Part shown: positions 13,345 to 26,445 of the stretch, piece by piece
Layout: each line of letters begins with the position of its first letter
Position numbering within the stretch: position 1 is the first letter of the stretch
NCBI RefSeq assembly: GCF_006345805.1
Contig: NC_043001.1
Coordinates: forward strand, 66,278,001 to 66,342,000
Source: Octopus sinensis
Lineage: Eukaryota
Direction of reading: 5' to 3'
DNA length: 64,000 bases
The notes under the pieces: model-generated
Database searches by the model: none
Seen by the model: only the letters and a program-made list of their open reading frames with translations
What the model was told of the DNA's origin: nothing
Program-made: the position numbers and the translations under genes

Positions 13345-13780
13345 TGTATCATCATCATCATCATCATTTAACGTCCGCTTTCCATGCTAGCATGGGTTGG
13401 ACGGTTCAACTGGGATCTGGGGAGCCCGAAGGCTGCACCAGGCCAGTCACATCTGGCAGTGTTTCAACAGCTGGATGCCCTTCCTAACGCCAACCACTCC
13501 GAGAGTGTAGTGGGTGATTTTATGTGCCACCGACACAGGTGCCAGACGAGGCTGGCGAACGGCCACGCTCGGATGGTGTTTTTATGTGCCACCGACACAG
13601 GTGCCAGATGAGGCTGGCGTACGGCCACGATCGGATGGTGTTTGTTACGTGCCCACAGCACGGAGGCCAGTCGATGCGGTACTGGCTACGGCCACGTTCG
13701 GATGGTTTTCTTGTATGCCACCGGCACTGGTACCACAAAGATACAAATTCCATTGATGTTCATCTATTTTGATTTGTTTT
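13345..13780 (-). mobile_element. 3' UTR and (GAT)n tail of the PHD-bearing RTE family, with about 3.5 tandem 62-66 bp units
   Basis: Shares ggtggcac.taaaa.cacccactacactctcggag with the RTE 3' UTR at ~48960-48995. Units start at about 13521, 13583, 13646 and 13712. Confidence 0.8.
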
Positions 13781-13784
13781 GATT

Positions 13785-13869
13785 TGATTTGATTTGATTT
13801 GTATGTATGTAATTATGTTTGTATGTAGATATGTATGTATGTATGTATGTAAGTATGTAATTATGTATG

Positions 13870-13900
<31 letters not shown>

Positions 13901-13937
13901 GTATGTAATTATGCATGTATGTATGTATGTATGTATG

Positions 13938-13968
<31 letters not shown>

Positions 13969-14200
13969 TTATGTATGTATGTATGTATGTATGTATGTAT
14001 GTATGTATGTATGCGTGTATGTATGTATGTAATTATGTATGTATGTATGTATGTATGTATATATGTTTGTATGTATGTATGTATGTATGTATGTATGTGT
14101 GTATGTATGTATGTATGTATGTATGTATGTATGTATGTATGTATGCATGTATGCATGCATTATGCATGTATGTGTCTATGTGTCTATGTATGTATGTATG
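13785..14200. repeat. (GATTT)n then long interrupted (TATG)n array
   Basis: Seen directly. Confidence 0.97.
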
Positions 14201-14214
14201 TCTCTTCTATTTTT

Positions 14215-17180
14215 TAATTATTATAAACCTTCCACTGAGGAGGGAGCCGGTTTCCAACAAAGAGACAAGGTTCTATCTTTGGGATGTAGTTAACACAGAC
14301 AAATTCACATTTGGAACTTGAGAAAAGTCTTGCATATTTTTACTTTTTCACTCAAAGATTGCACATGTAATGTACGAATTAGCCGGTCGATTTCTCTTTT
14401 TGAAGATCTCAGTTTACCCAGATTCTCTTTTAAGCATTTACTAACAAAACCTAGTGCTCCAATTATTATTGGTATGTATATGAATTCAGTCTGGATAAAG
14501 AAGCTGGATGCAGTTGTCCATAAATATCCTCCTTTACTTTGATTTTCAAAGAGATATTTATATCTGCAGGGCAGTTGACCTCTATTGTCCCAAACGACAA
14601 TATTCGGCCAGTTATGTTTACATTTCACAGAAGTTTTGATGGGAATATTCCAGCAGTATTCCTTGATTTGGTGTTTATGAATGTATTCCATAACAGAGGG
14701 ATTTTCTAAGTTTATTTCAGGATATTTTTTGCGGATGGCGTTGTAAATTGTTTTAGCAACGACATCGTGCCGCAAAGGGAGGTAGTACCGTGACGACATT
14801 TTAGGGCAGCTGCTAATCACATGCGTGATGTCTTCCACAGAAACATGACATAGCCTTCACATGCAGTTGCACCTTGGGATTACAAGAGTGTCACTGTCTC
14901 TCTTGTTCACCAAGTACTTTGTAGCATCTCCTGCTCCTGGATTGCAAAAGCATAGCCTTCAAAGTGTGATGTGATGTAGCGATCTTGTGTCCAAGAGAGG
15001 TTGCGCTTCGTGTCAATTCTACTGTCTTCTTCAAGTTTCCGGGGCAACATACCCATGCATAGTCTTTTTTTTTTTTTTGTATGCTGAGTGCTTTCCATCC
15101 AAGTCTTTTCTGAGATCAGAGAGCCCAGCTGTTTTGGGGCTGTGTAGGTGATCATCAGGGTGAGAGTGCTTCTTAAGGAGCACGCTGCCAACTTGTACAA
15201 TGTTGCTCACCTCACTTTTCAGGACTGCATTTATATATTATTTTTGCTGCTGTTGTTCAGAAGGTGCTGCCTGAGTGATACCATACGGCATTCGAAGGCC
15301 GTCTGCACTGATCTCAGGCCTCTACCACCTTCATTTCTTCTTAGAGCCTGTCAACATCACTATTTCTGTGGAATTTCCAGTTATTTTCAGGATTTTGCGG
15401 GTTTTGATATCTATGAAGTAGATTTCCTCTGCAGACCAATCAAGTACCCCAAATGTTGGTATCAGCACTGGTACTACAAATACATTGTGGGATATTGTTT
15501 TGTTGTAAGAGGAGAGTCCCGATTGTCATATTTTCCTAAGTCTGGTGTAATATTCTCGGGTCACTCTATCTTTATTCACAGTGCCTTCATATGATGCATT
15601 TTTATCTATGCCTAGGTACTTGTAACATTCTTTGTGTGGAATGGGGGAGATAAAGAGACCATTGATGCACAGGTTTTGCGTTTTGGGGACTGACTTTCCT
15701 CATTCTATAACCAAATATGAACATTTCTTCTGGCCAAATTTTATGCCTACATCAGCTGAAAATGTTATTAATTCCAGTTGTTTGTTGGCATTGTTAACAC
15801 TTTTAGCATAAATCTTCAGGTCGTCTACCAAGAAATTACATGGATATTTCTAGCAGTTGTAGATTCTAGCATGTAACCATTTGTTTCATGCAGTAGGAAC
15901 GATAATGAGCTCAGTGCCAAAATAAAAAGAAGTACAGAAAGACTATTTCCCTGGAATATTCCTTTTGAAATGCTTATAGTATCTGAAACAATTATTCTGT
16001 TCTCAGGTGGAAGGGTGAGAATTGTTATCCATGTCTTTGTGAGTGTCTCTTTAGTAGCAATTAAGGTGGTATGTGCTTTTGCCAGGTGTAGGAACTTCAA
16101 AAGCCATGAATGAAGGATAGAGTCAAATGCCTTCCTATAGTCAAGCCATATGTCACAAGATTTCTACGCTGTTTTCTTACTTCAGACAGTACAACTTTGT
16201 TTATTAAAAGTTGTTCGGCACATCCCCACACTCACTTCTTTCCACCAGCTTGTTCATCAGTCACAATGTTGTTCAACTCACAATGGTCCCAGAGGAATTG
16301 GTTGAGGCAACTTGTGTACAGTTTGTACATAATGTTTAGGCAAGCGATAGGCCTGTAGTTTCCTGCCATCTCAGTGATTTGATTTTTGGCAACAAGATTT
16401 GTTCTTGCTGTTGCAAGCCAATTTGGTATATCAATCTGACCTTCCATAGTCCTTTTGAACATACATATCAACTGGTTTCTATAAAAAGTCAGCTTCTTGT
16501 ACCAATATCCAATTATCAGGTCCCTTCCAGATGCCTTCCCGTTCTGCAGTTTGCCTACTACTATAGCGAACGTTTCTGCATCGATTTTCTGTTTTATTGT
16601 TAGTGTTGGTACAGTATCCTCTCAATTGTATTTAACCATGATGCATTCAGGTTGAAATCCCTCTTTTCGTTGCAAATTTTTGACCAGAATAATTGTAGAT
16701 CTTCTTGGGAGGGAGCTTTCTTAATGGTAATGCTTTCCTTCTTCTGTATAATACTTATGGGTTCCAACCCAAACTTGCGATTGATACTGGGTCGTTCAAA
16801 AATTCGCATGCAACAGCGGAGTTTCTCGCTCATCGTCCAGAGTTCATGTTTTAAAGGGATTAGCTTTCCCTCAAAAAGCTTGGTGTGAAGAGCTGCCATA
16901 AAGTTTCGTTAATTTTTGTCTAAGATAGAGTTGGTGAGGTGTAAACCCATTTTTCTCCTTTCTCCTTATTGCTGTAATTAACCATCCAATATGGCGGCGC
17001 ACGTTGTTGATGTTTCTTTCAAGATTTATTTTCCATCTAGGTTGCTTCCGTCTAGTAATTTCGTTACTTTGTTCACTGTAGATTTCTCCAAGGTGTTCTT
17101 GTGTTCTTTAAGAGTAATAACGGCTGTGTATATAAGAGTATTTATATTCCAGTAATTAACTTTACATGATTTCATGTGCT
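14215..17180 (-). mobile_element. 5'-truncated R4/Dong-clade (RLE-type) non-LTR retrotransposon, frameshifted
   Basis: RT motifs NYRPIACLNIMYKLYT, DEQAG, KGIFQGNSLS. Zinc-knuckle part EDITHVISSC. RLE-like KHNWPNIVVWD (PD motif mutated). C-terminal PIIIGALG. Confidence 0.88.
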
Positions 17181-17184
17181 CTCT

Positions 17185-17199
17185 ATGTATGTGTGTGTG

Positions 17200-17233
<34 letters not shown>

Positions 17234-17252
17234 TGTATGTATGTATGTATGA
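17185..17252. repeat. (TATG)n microsatellite
   Basis: Seen directly. Confidence 0.95.
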
Positions 17253-17359
17253 ATATAGGTAAATGGCTTTAAGCATTTTTATGATCAAATATGGGATGAA
17301 AAGATTTAAAATATTAGTCTTAGAATTTTTTTTTTTGTATAGTAAACAGTAACTCCAGG

Positions 17360-17960
17360 ATCCTATTAGAAGTGTGCGCCAGACTATACTAAGGTTGCTT
17401 GTAGAGTAGCAGGAACTTAAGTCGCCAACTCTTAAATTACGCTTGCCTGCTTCACCGTTTGCTCAATGACCATTCCAACAGTAATGTATCTTAAGATAGA
17501 ATAGCTGTCTTTTAATCAAGCAGTAGTTTCTTTCTGAATTTCTGTTCTTGTTTTCCCAGCTACTTTGCGTCACTTCTGAAGGCTATGCTTTTGCAATCCA
17601 AGAGCGGGTGATAGCTACGAGATATCAAATGAACAAAAGGAGTTAACGAAGCCCTTAAAATCCCAAGATGCAACCGCAAATGTCGCTTATGTCACTCTTC
17701 TGTGGAGGACATAAATCATGTAGTCAGCAGCTGTCCAAAAATGTCATCAAAGCACTACTTCCCACTGAGTCATAATGTCATTACTAAAATGATATACAAT
17801 GCCATCCATGCAGAAGACTACACTAGAATAAGTATAAACAACACTTCTGTTATTGAATATATATTTACATATCATCACAAGGAATATTAGTGGAGTATTG
17901 TCATCAAAATTTCTACCAAGTAGACACATAAAAGACCTGACTTAGTCATTTGGGACGGAA
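17360..17960 (+). mobile_element. Second R4/Dong-like fragment in the opposite orientation
   Basis: EGYAFAIQE, CRLCHSSVEDINHVVSSCPKMSS and KRPDLVIWD are homologous to the 14.3-15.0 kb region. Confidence 0.75.
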
Positions 17961-18594
17961 AAGTCTTTATTTCAGAGAATGGTGAGGCGAGATATCTTCA
18001 AAACAGAACCAGAGATAATTAAACAACTACTGGCGGTTAAAGATGTTTAGAAGATGGTAGAAAGAATAGATAAAGTCTCAGAGAAACTAAAAAGAGAAGC
18101 TTTGGTTTTGATATTCAATGTCAACTTATAGATATATTGATTGAAACCATTTTTCAAAGCAATTATTTTAGACACCAGAAGTAGGTTAAAGCTACACAAT
18201 AAGAATTTTCTGTGTAGAAGAGGAATTATGATTTCTGATTTATGCTGTTAGAAAGGACTCCATTTGAAGTCCAGAAATATTGGTGTTGAGAAATAAGAAT
18301 TGTTTCTCTTATTTTGATGATTTTAATGTTTTTAGCTGCTATTTTATCTTTAAGTCTTGTTATTTGTTCAACCTTCATACATCACAATACAAAGAACTCT
18401 CCAGAACAATTTTATGTTGAACGAGTTTGCGGTTTATTATAATGGCCTTTCATATCCGTCGAATAACCTTTGCAGCAATTTAAAACTTATATAAATATTA
18501 TTTTGACGGTGGGTGTGTATAACCGGCTGTATGTGTGTGCATGTCTGAGTGAATATTACTGTATATGCCTGTGTAAGTATATGTTTGTGGATAT

Positions 18595-18615
18595 ATATAT
18601 ATATGTATGTATGTA

Positions 18616-18685
<70 letters not shown>

Positions 18686-18700
18686 CATGTATGCATGGAT
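18595..18700. repeat. (AT)/(GT)n microsatellite
   Basis: Seen directly. Confidence 0.95.
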
Positions 18701-19117
18701 GGATGGATGTGATATAACTATAATGCCACTCATGTTGACTCTGTTTCCAATTCGCTAGTTTGTCCAGTTGACAAATTTTTTTTAAAAAACGACTTATTTA
18801 TTGTTGTGTGTACATGTACGTGTATATGTATGTGTGTGTATCTATGTCTGTGTGTGCGTGTTTATGCGTGTAACTATGTGTATCAATGGCTGTCTGTGTT
18901 TATGTGTGCCTGTGAGTCTGTAGCGCACGCGTTTGTATCTATGTATGCATGCGTGTGGTAGATCGTACACGATTTTATTGTTTCCCAAGTTTCGAATGTC
19001 CGGCATTTATATTTAAATATTTAATGACGTGTAAGTATTATTAGCTGAAATGACTCAAGATTTTGCTTGTTTTGTGAGTGGGGCGTTTCTGCTTCTACAG
19101 ACACATATACATATGTA

Positions 19118-19810
19118 CAGAGCTGGGCGTAAGCCAGTTAATTCGTTAATCGTTAATTAACGAAGTTAACATTTTCGTTAACGATTTAACTTTTAAGTTA
19201 ACTTTGAAAATCATTATCGGGCTAATTAACTTCTGTTACATTTAGCTTCCATTAACTTAAATCCGTTAACCCAAAAACTTGTCTACTGCAGCCCCTTGGT
19301 CGACGCAGTTTTGGCAGACATCGACAAAAGATTTGCGATTCTCCTGGACGATGAGGAATGCCAACTGACTGCTGCCTTCTATCCTAGGTTTCGCCTCATC
19401 TGGTTGGATAGGTACGATAGCACCAAGTTCACCAAGGTGAGGAGAAGCATAGAGGATAAGGTCGAAGTGGCTATTAGGCAGTAGTCTGAGGAAGTGAGCA
19501 GCAGCAGTGGAGGCAGCAACAACGAAGAGGTGGGAGATGACTTCTTTAGTGGTGTCACCCAACAAAAAGAGAGCAGAAGCTACAGGTCACTGAAGGACAA
19601 GGCCCAGAATTTAGTAATGGTTGGAGAACAACTCCAAAAATCTACTGACAGATACTGCCTTCATCAAGTTCAACACAGCCATCCCTTCCAGTGCTTCAAA
19701 TAAACGTTTATCTTCCATGGGCAAGGACATCTTTCAGTGCCTAGAGATCGTCCTTGTCTGATGAAAATTTTAGTGTGTTAATTTTCATGAAGAGCAACAT
19801 GAATCTCATC
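19118..19810 (+). mobile_element. Internally deleted hAT transposon: left end fused to transposase C-terminus
   Basis: CAGAGCTGGGC terminus and GTTAA(C/T) subterminal repeats, then LTAAFYPRFRL and FIKFNTAIPSSASNKRLSSMGKDIF..RSSLSDENF (hAT dimerization domain). No right TIR found. Confidence 0.75.
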
Positions 19811-19992
19811 AACAAAATGGAGAAGAAGAAGAAAAATTAAATTTTGTACATATCGTATTATTCATTATTTTATATATTCTTATTTTTTTACGGCCACTTT
19901 ATCGATAAACTTTAGTTAAATACTCATATTGTGTTTCATTTGAGTTTTGTTTTACCCTTTCTGACTCTAAAAGCTTTTAAAGACCTAATAAG

Positions 19993-20110
19993 GGCCAAAG
20001 CTATGAAATCAGCCTTTTTTAGGCCCTTTGAAACTTAAAACTATAATATCGGCATTTTTGGGTTCTAAAGCCCTCAAAAAGACCAAAAAAGCTGATTTTA
20101 TAGTTTTGGC
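19993..20110. repeat. Small inverted repeat (~27-bp arms)
   Basis: ggccaaagctatgaaatcagcctttttt (19993-20020) versus the reverse complement of 20085-20110. Confidence 0.6.
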
Positions 20111-20114
20111 ACTT

Positions 20115-20147
20115 TTAACCCTTTAGTGTTTAAACCGGCCAAAATCC
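20115..20147 (-). mobile_element. Isolated piggyBac-like terminus
   Basis: TTAA CCCTTTAGTGTTTAAACCGGCC is nearly the reverse complement of the right end of the MITE at 52861-53080. Confidence 0.5.
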
Positions 20148-21289
20148 ATTGTATCTATTTCCTCTACGAAATCTTTTTAAAAATAAACAAATTACGTTAG
20201 TGAATTCTCATAGCTTTCAGATAATGTGGGGGCTTTTCTTTCAGAAAGTTCAGAACTGGGAGAAAAGCAAAATTAACTGAGATGAATGTCAACAGAGAAA
20301 ATATTGACATCCATAAAGTGGAAAAAATAAATGGAAGGAACAAAGCTGGTAAATATTTCGGTGTGAACGCAAATAGCTGTTATGTGGTAGCCAAATATTT
20401 CCTTTTCTGGAAAAAGGAGCCGTTTATCCGTGATTTTGATGTCACATTTGTTGAAAGCATGCAACATTACCTGGAAAAGAAAAAAAAAGACCCGCGAAAC
20501 AAAACTCTCTGGGTGGGGAAACGTCGAGGTTCCCACCACCCCTCCCATCTTTCTTTTCTGGAAAAAAAAGTGGCTTGCAGTGTGTTTGGAGGTCAGATAC
20601 TTTGAATGCACCCGAAAAAAAATCTGTGGAAAAAATTATTCAACACCGAAGTACGAAATATTTACGAAAGAATAAAATCTTGTACCGATTTACCTGTATT
20701 TTAGTTAATTCAAATTAATGTACCTCATCTTGAAAAGTGGCAAAATCCCTCTGGGATAATTTTAGTAACATATCAAACATGTAAGATGCGTGAAGAATTT
20801 CAATTTTAGTGTTTATCCATAATGTTATTGCTTTTACACTTGTCAATTAAATTTACCTGCCCATAAAAGTCAAATTTACTCAGCAAGATCAGCTAAAATT
20901 ACATAACAATAAACCAGTGGTATATAAAGCACCCACTGACAAAATTTCAACTATGTATGTAAAAAATTTACAAAGTTGCAAGCAAATATTGAACCTGAAT
21001 AATTCAAACTATCTATTCAAACAAATAAGCATTATATTTGACAGATTAATAAGAACACTAAAGCTTTTATCTTAGGTGCTTTTATCTTACACACACACAT
21101 ATCACGGCCTCGCTTGGTGTGTTACTTTGACACCATCATTCCATAAAATTTGTTTATGAGGAGAAAAATATTGAAAAATATCAATAGATGTGTGAGTGAG
21201 AAAGAAACGAGAAGGGAGGTTTTAGGATGTGCTAGAAACAACAGCCAGACCTCCCTTAAATTATTGACAATTTTTTAAAACCGAAAATG

Positions 21290-22080
21290 TTTATCCTATT
21301 CTCCTATTCACTACACTGACTGTGCGTTTCCGAGCAGCTCGCCTTAATTCTGCATGAAAATTGCGTGTTTTGGGGTTGTTTTCTTTCTGTTTTCGAAAAC
21401 ATTCACTCCTTTCACTTGTTTCTTCCGTTGAGACAATGACAAACATTGCCTTCCCAACTGACGTCCAATATTTCATAAACCTTCAACGAGGACTTTACAC
21501 GATTCTTAAATCATAGTCATGGTTTCTGCTGAAGGCACTATCTCCAAATAAGTTCATCATATAGCATCTGCTTAAGAATCCTCTGATCATTCACACGAAT
21601 AAGGAATTCACTCCAACATAAACGGTTCTTGTGCACCATCACCTCAATGCTCAGGATATCGGTTACCCTCAAGACCATCGTCTGGAGTCCGCAAGGACCA
21701 TCCAACGTTCAGAATATATCTCAGACATTTCTAATGGAATAGTTCAAGAATCCTTACATGATTCTACGTCTCACATGGGTAAAGGTGTAACGTCAGCACT
21801 CACACACAGTACAACTTTTGTTCGCCTTGTGATGCCATGTTGAGACCAGACACATGTCTCAAGAGCCCTGAAGAAATCAGTTGCTGTACAGGTGTCATCA
21901 TCCAAGGAGAAAGAACGGCTGAGTCTGCCGTCCAATGAGACAAACTTGCTTACCACTTTTAGTATTATTCCTTCAACTACGATAGACGGTTTCTTATGAG
22001 TTTCATATAAACGGGACTTAGTCTCTTCTTTTATCATTCCACTCACATCTATGTGCTTTATAAGAATATTAAATTGACCC
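21290..22080 (-). mobile_element. Decayed RTE (BovB-like) LINE 3' half
   Basis: LSRSFSLDDD..FRALETCVWSQHGITRRTKVV..SIEVMVHKNRLCWS..RVNDQRILKQMLY, with frameshifts. Confidence 0.75.
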
Positions 22081-22463
22081 CAGTACATTTATTAACCATG
22101 GAGGGATGGAAGTTGAACTCGATGAGATTTAAACTCAGAAGATAATAAATACCGTGGGTGCTTTGTTACATATTTAGGAATTTACTCCATAATCTGTTTG
22201 GAGGATTTGTGAATCTTAGGCCGCAGGTATTTTTGCAAACGGAATGAGGAAAAAGAAGCCAATTGAAGTGAATGAAGTAACCTCTGTGTGATTTCAATAT
22301 AATTTTGAAGAAATAAGGATGACAATGTTGAATAGCTGCTGAAATAAATAACATCATTTCAGTAATATCAATGAAATGTTCTAAAAAATATTGACAAAAT
22401 AATTTATCATCCACTGTCATCAAGACAAAAGAAAAACGGGGTTCAAGGTGACATCATACGATA

Positions 22464-22467
<4 letters not shown>

Positions 22468-22545
<78 letters not shown>
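22468..22545. repeat. (AT)n microsatellite
   Basis: Seen directly. Confidence 0.97.
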
Positions 22546-22604
22546 TATATCATATATATACTATATATTTTGGGGGAAGCTACCATTATAGGACTTCTTG
22601 GGCT

Positions 22605-22688
<84 letters not shown>
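22605..22688. repeat. (GATA)21 abutting the Tx1 3' end
   Basis: Seen directly. Confidence 0.97.
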
Positions 22689-24795
22689 TGTTTCTTTATT
22701 AGCCACACAGGGCTGCACACAGATAGAACAAATTACAAGGTAGAGCTTTTCTTTTGAAGGTTTAAAAAAAAAAAATTAAAAAATAAAAAAAAAAATAAAT
22801 AAAATAAAAAATAATAAAAAAAATAAATAAATAATAAAATAAAAAATAAAATAAAATAAAAAAGGGGGGGTCGATCAAAAGGGATCGTAAATGGAGAGAA
22901 AGAGGACAAAAAAAGGGGGGGTTAAAAAAAAGGGGGAGAGGAAAAAAATTGAGCAATAGGGATCGTTATCACAGAAATGTCAATATGAAGTGTAAAGGGG
23001 AGGACAGGTGAGGTTTACCCGTGGAAAGAAAAGCCTACGGAAAAGACCACGGTAACCTCGGTCAATGAAGTCACATGTTATATTTCTTTTTTTTTTTTTG
23101 CAAATAAGCAACTCTCTGTATTAATTTTTACGGTTCATAGAATCATAGTCAAGGTGGCTTCGTCATTCATACGTGCCATCCTTGCTACATTCACCCATCT
23201 TTTTTAAAACATTCACTAGACAAAACTTGCCTCTCTACTCTCACTTTTTTCTTCAAGTGATACTTGAAGAAGTTGATGAGAGATTGACCAGAGAGGAAAG
23301 TGTTTGTCTCTAATCCTTTCAGACGCGTCCACCAGATACATTCTTTCGCCATAGCCACAAGTATGATAAAAATAGCTCTTCCTTCCCGTTTGAAGGAAGG
23401 AGGCGTGACGATATTAACGATAGACTCGGCTGATAAACCGACACGTCCCACACGTGACAGCAGTCGTTCGACATAAGCCCACAGGTGGGAAATTGCTGGA
23501 CACTGCACGATTGCGTGCAGAGCGGTTTCGTCGCTCTGCCCGCATCTCGGGCAGGTCGGCCCCGTGTTTCTCGAGCCATGCCTATAGAGCTTATCCCGAA
23601 CGGGTAGCGCTTCTCGGTAGCACCGCCAGGCCAGGGATCTCTGGAAGTTGTCCATAGGTCCCGGGCCGAAAGTCATTTGAAACAGGCGGGTCAGGTATTC
23701 CTCGTCGACGCCTAGGTTTGCCCCGAGCTCGTCGTCGTACCTCCCCTCCACTAATCCCCTATAGAATGCTTTGGTTGTGTTGAAGTCACTCAAGGTCGAC
23801 CCGGGACGGCAGAGTTGCTTGAGAGCAACGCGACACTCGCGGTGCCATTCGCCCTTCTTCGGCCTCTTTTTGATCCACGACTGTAGTTCGGTCATGGAGA
23901 CGAGTTGCGGGAATGCGTGCCTCACAAACGGCGACTACACCTGTTCACCGTCGTCTACATAGAGCCGGAGATGTCGCAGTCTCAGCGCGTGTCTGCGCAT
24001 CATCAACCACGGCATGCCCAGCCCTCCTTTTAACGGGTGTTGACAGCAAATGGATCGCCTGACCATCGGGACGCATCCTTTCCACAAGAAGCGGAAGAGG
24101 ATGCGTTCTAGTTTGGTGATGGTAGGGTCGGGACAAGGTACGACGGTCAGGCGGTAGTAGATGATGGACGCGATGTACGCGTTCACCACCTCCGCCCGAC
24201 CTTTTAGGGACAGTTTCCTCTCGGCCCATTGCTGGGCGAGAGTGACCACCCTACTCGTTATCTCGTTCCAGTTCTTCTCCATTTGGAGGTCCGGACCGAA
24301 CCAGACCCCGAGCAACTCAACCGGGCCGTCTGTCCAGCGTCCCACGACGGAGGTACTGGTGGACGGCATGGGCTTGCTTCTCCAGGTGCCGAGCCGCAAG
24401 CCCACTGACTTTTCCCGGTTGATTTTTGCTCCTATCACCGCTTCGTAGTCTTTCAGTGTCTCGCCGACCCGCTCGATGTGCTCGTGGCTTGACACTATGA
24501 CGGTGACGTCGTCCGCGTATGCAGACACGCTCGTCCCGCATCCTAATTCTCACGGGATGCCCCTCAGAGTCGCCAGCTTCCGCAGTAGTGGCTCAAGAGT
24601 CAATACGTATAGAAGCGCCGAGAGGGGGCATCCCTGACGGACCGAACGTGCAATGTCGAAGGGTCTCGATAGATGTCCATTCACGCGAATTACCGAACGG
24701 ATGCCTCTGTACAAGGCAGCTATCCAGCCGCGGAAGACGGGACCGAAACCAGCCGCTCTCAGGACTGCCTCCAAGTATCGATGGTCTACCCTATC

Positions 24796-24798
<3 letters not shown>
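22689..24798 (-). mobile_element. Young 5'-truncated Tx1/L1-clade LINE (RT plus CCHC zinc knuckle plus 3' UTR)
   Basis: [46 protein letters not shown]. The three listed ORFs share one frame, split by TGA (24550) and TAG (23935). An apparent 1-base loss in a homopolymer near 23200 shifts the last codons. CpG-rich. AATAAA at 22695-22700 (minus). Confidence 0.95.

Positions 24799-24838
<40 letters not shown>
24799..24838. repeat. (GATA)10 abutting the Tx1 5' truncation point
   Basis: Seen directly. Confidence 0.97.
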
Positions 24839-24886
24839 TACATAACATACACACACCCCCACTAACTGAGATATAGACATACATGC

Positions 24887-25181
<295 letters not shown>

Positions 25182-25404
25182 TCCTCCTTTCTCGAAATAG
25201 AAAAATATTACAATTATAGTAATATTAAAATAATAATCTTATTAATGTAACAATGATAAAAATTATAGCTATATATTAACGAAAGTAAAGTACGTAAGAA
25301 AGTCTACATGCCAGACAAATTGGTTTTGTTTTTTATTCGCTGAATTTTTTGGAATCACATTTGATATTCGTATCGATTATATGTGCTTTCTTGATGTGCT
25401 TTCA

Positions 25405-25871
<467 letters not shown>

Positions 25872-26063
25872 TATCCAGAAGACCCAAGATGGCAGGTAAG
25901 GTTATGTAAGTGCTACGGGGAGACTGTAGTTAGACTCTCGATTCAATAATAAGGAGTGAGGAGTCTAATGCGGGTCTTGTGTGAGCATGTATATGTTGAA
26001 TAAAATGAAACAGCAAAGCCAAGGCTGTGTGGAATTTATAGAATATTTATAAAGGGAAAGGTA

Positions 26064-26101
26064 GTCTTAAAGCTGTTTCTGGGATATCCTACATCAGAGA
26101 C
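26064..26101 (-). ncRNA. Decayed minimal type I hammerhead ribozyme
   Basis: GTCT-CTGATGT-AGGATATCCCA-GAAA-CAGCTT-TA-AGAC. Stem I is intact; A9 and the stem III closing base are mutated. Confidence 0.5.
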
Positions 26102-26397
26102 GATATGAGAGAGTTAACTAGAGGGAAAGAGTCCATGATATGTAGAATCTGATAGGAGTTCATATTTTGTTATTACAAATTGATTCTACATCGGATTCTA
26201 CATACCATGGAAGCACTTCTACTCATTCTACACAGCACTTTCCTTGGATAATGGAACTGCAACTGTAACATCCTACATATATTTTACTTTTTACTTTTAT
26301 TCCCTTATTTCCCTTTATATTTCCTATATCCATCCTTCTCCAAAATAACTCATTATATGGAACTTTACTATTACCCTCTAGTTAACTCTTTCATATC

Positions 26398-26445
26398 GTC
26401 TCTTTTGAAGGGATATCCCTAATGTCCCAGAAACAGATGTAAGAT
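26398..26445 (+). ncRNA. Decayed minimal type I hammerhead ribozyme (partner arm)
   Basis: GTCT-CTTTTGA-A-GGGATAT-CCCTA-ATGTCCC-A-GAAA-CAGATG-TA-AGAT. Core is mutated. Confidence 0.45.

Noticed and set aside
13500-13740. Regular ~62-bp repeats as a CRISPR array
   Set aside because: They are contiguous tandem units without unique spacers, lie in a LINE 3' UTR in eukaryotic DNA, and there are no cas genes.
20273-20675. Overlapping ~100-aa ORFs as a host exon
   Set aside because: No recognisable domain or splice context, and they are Lys/Phe-rich from homopolymer runs.
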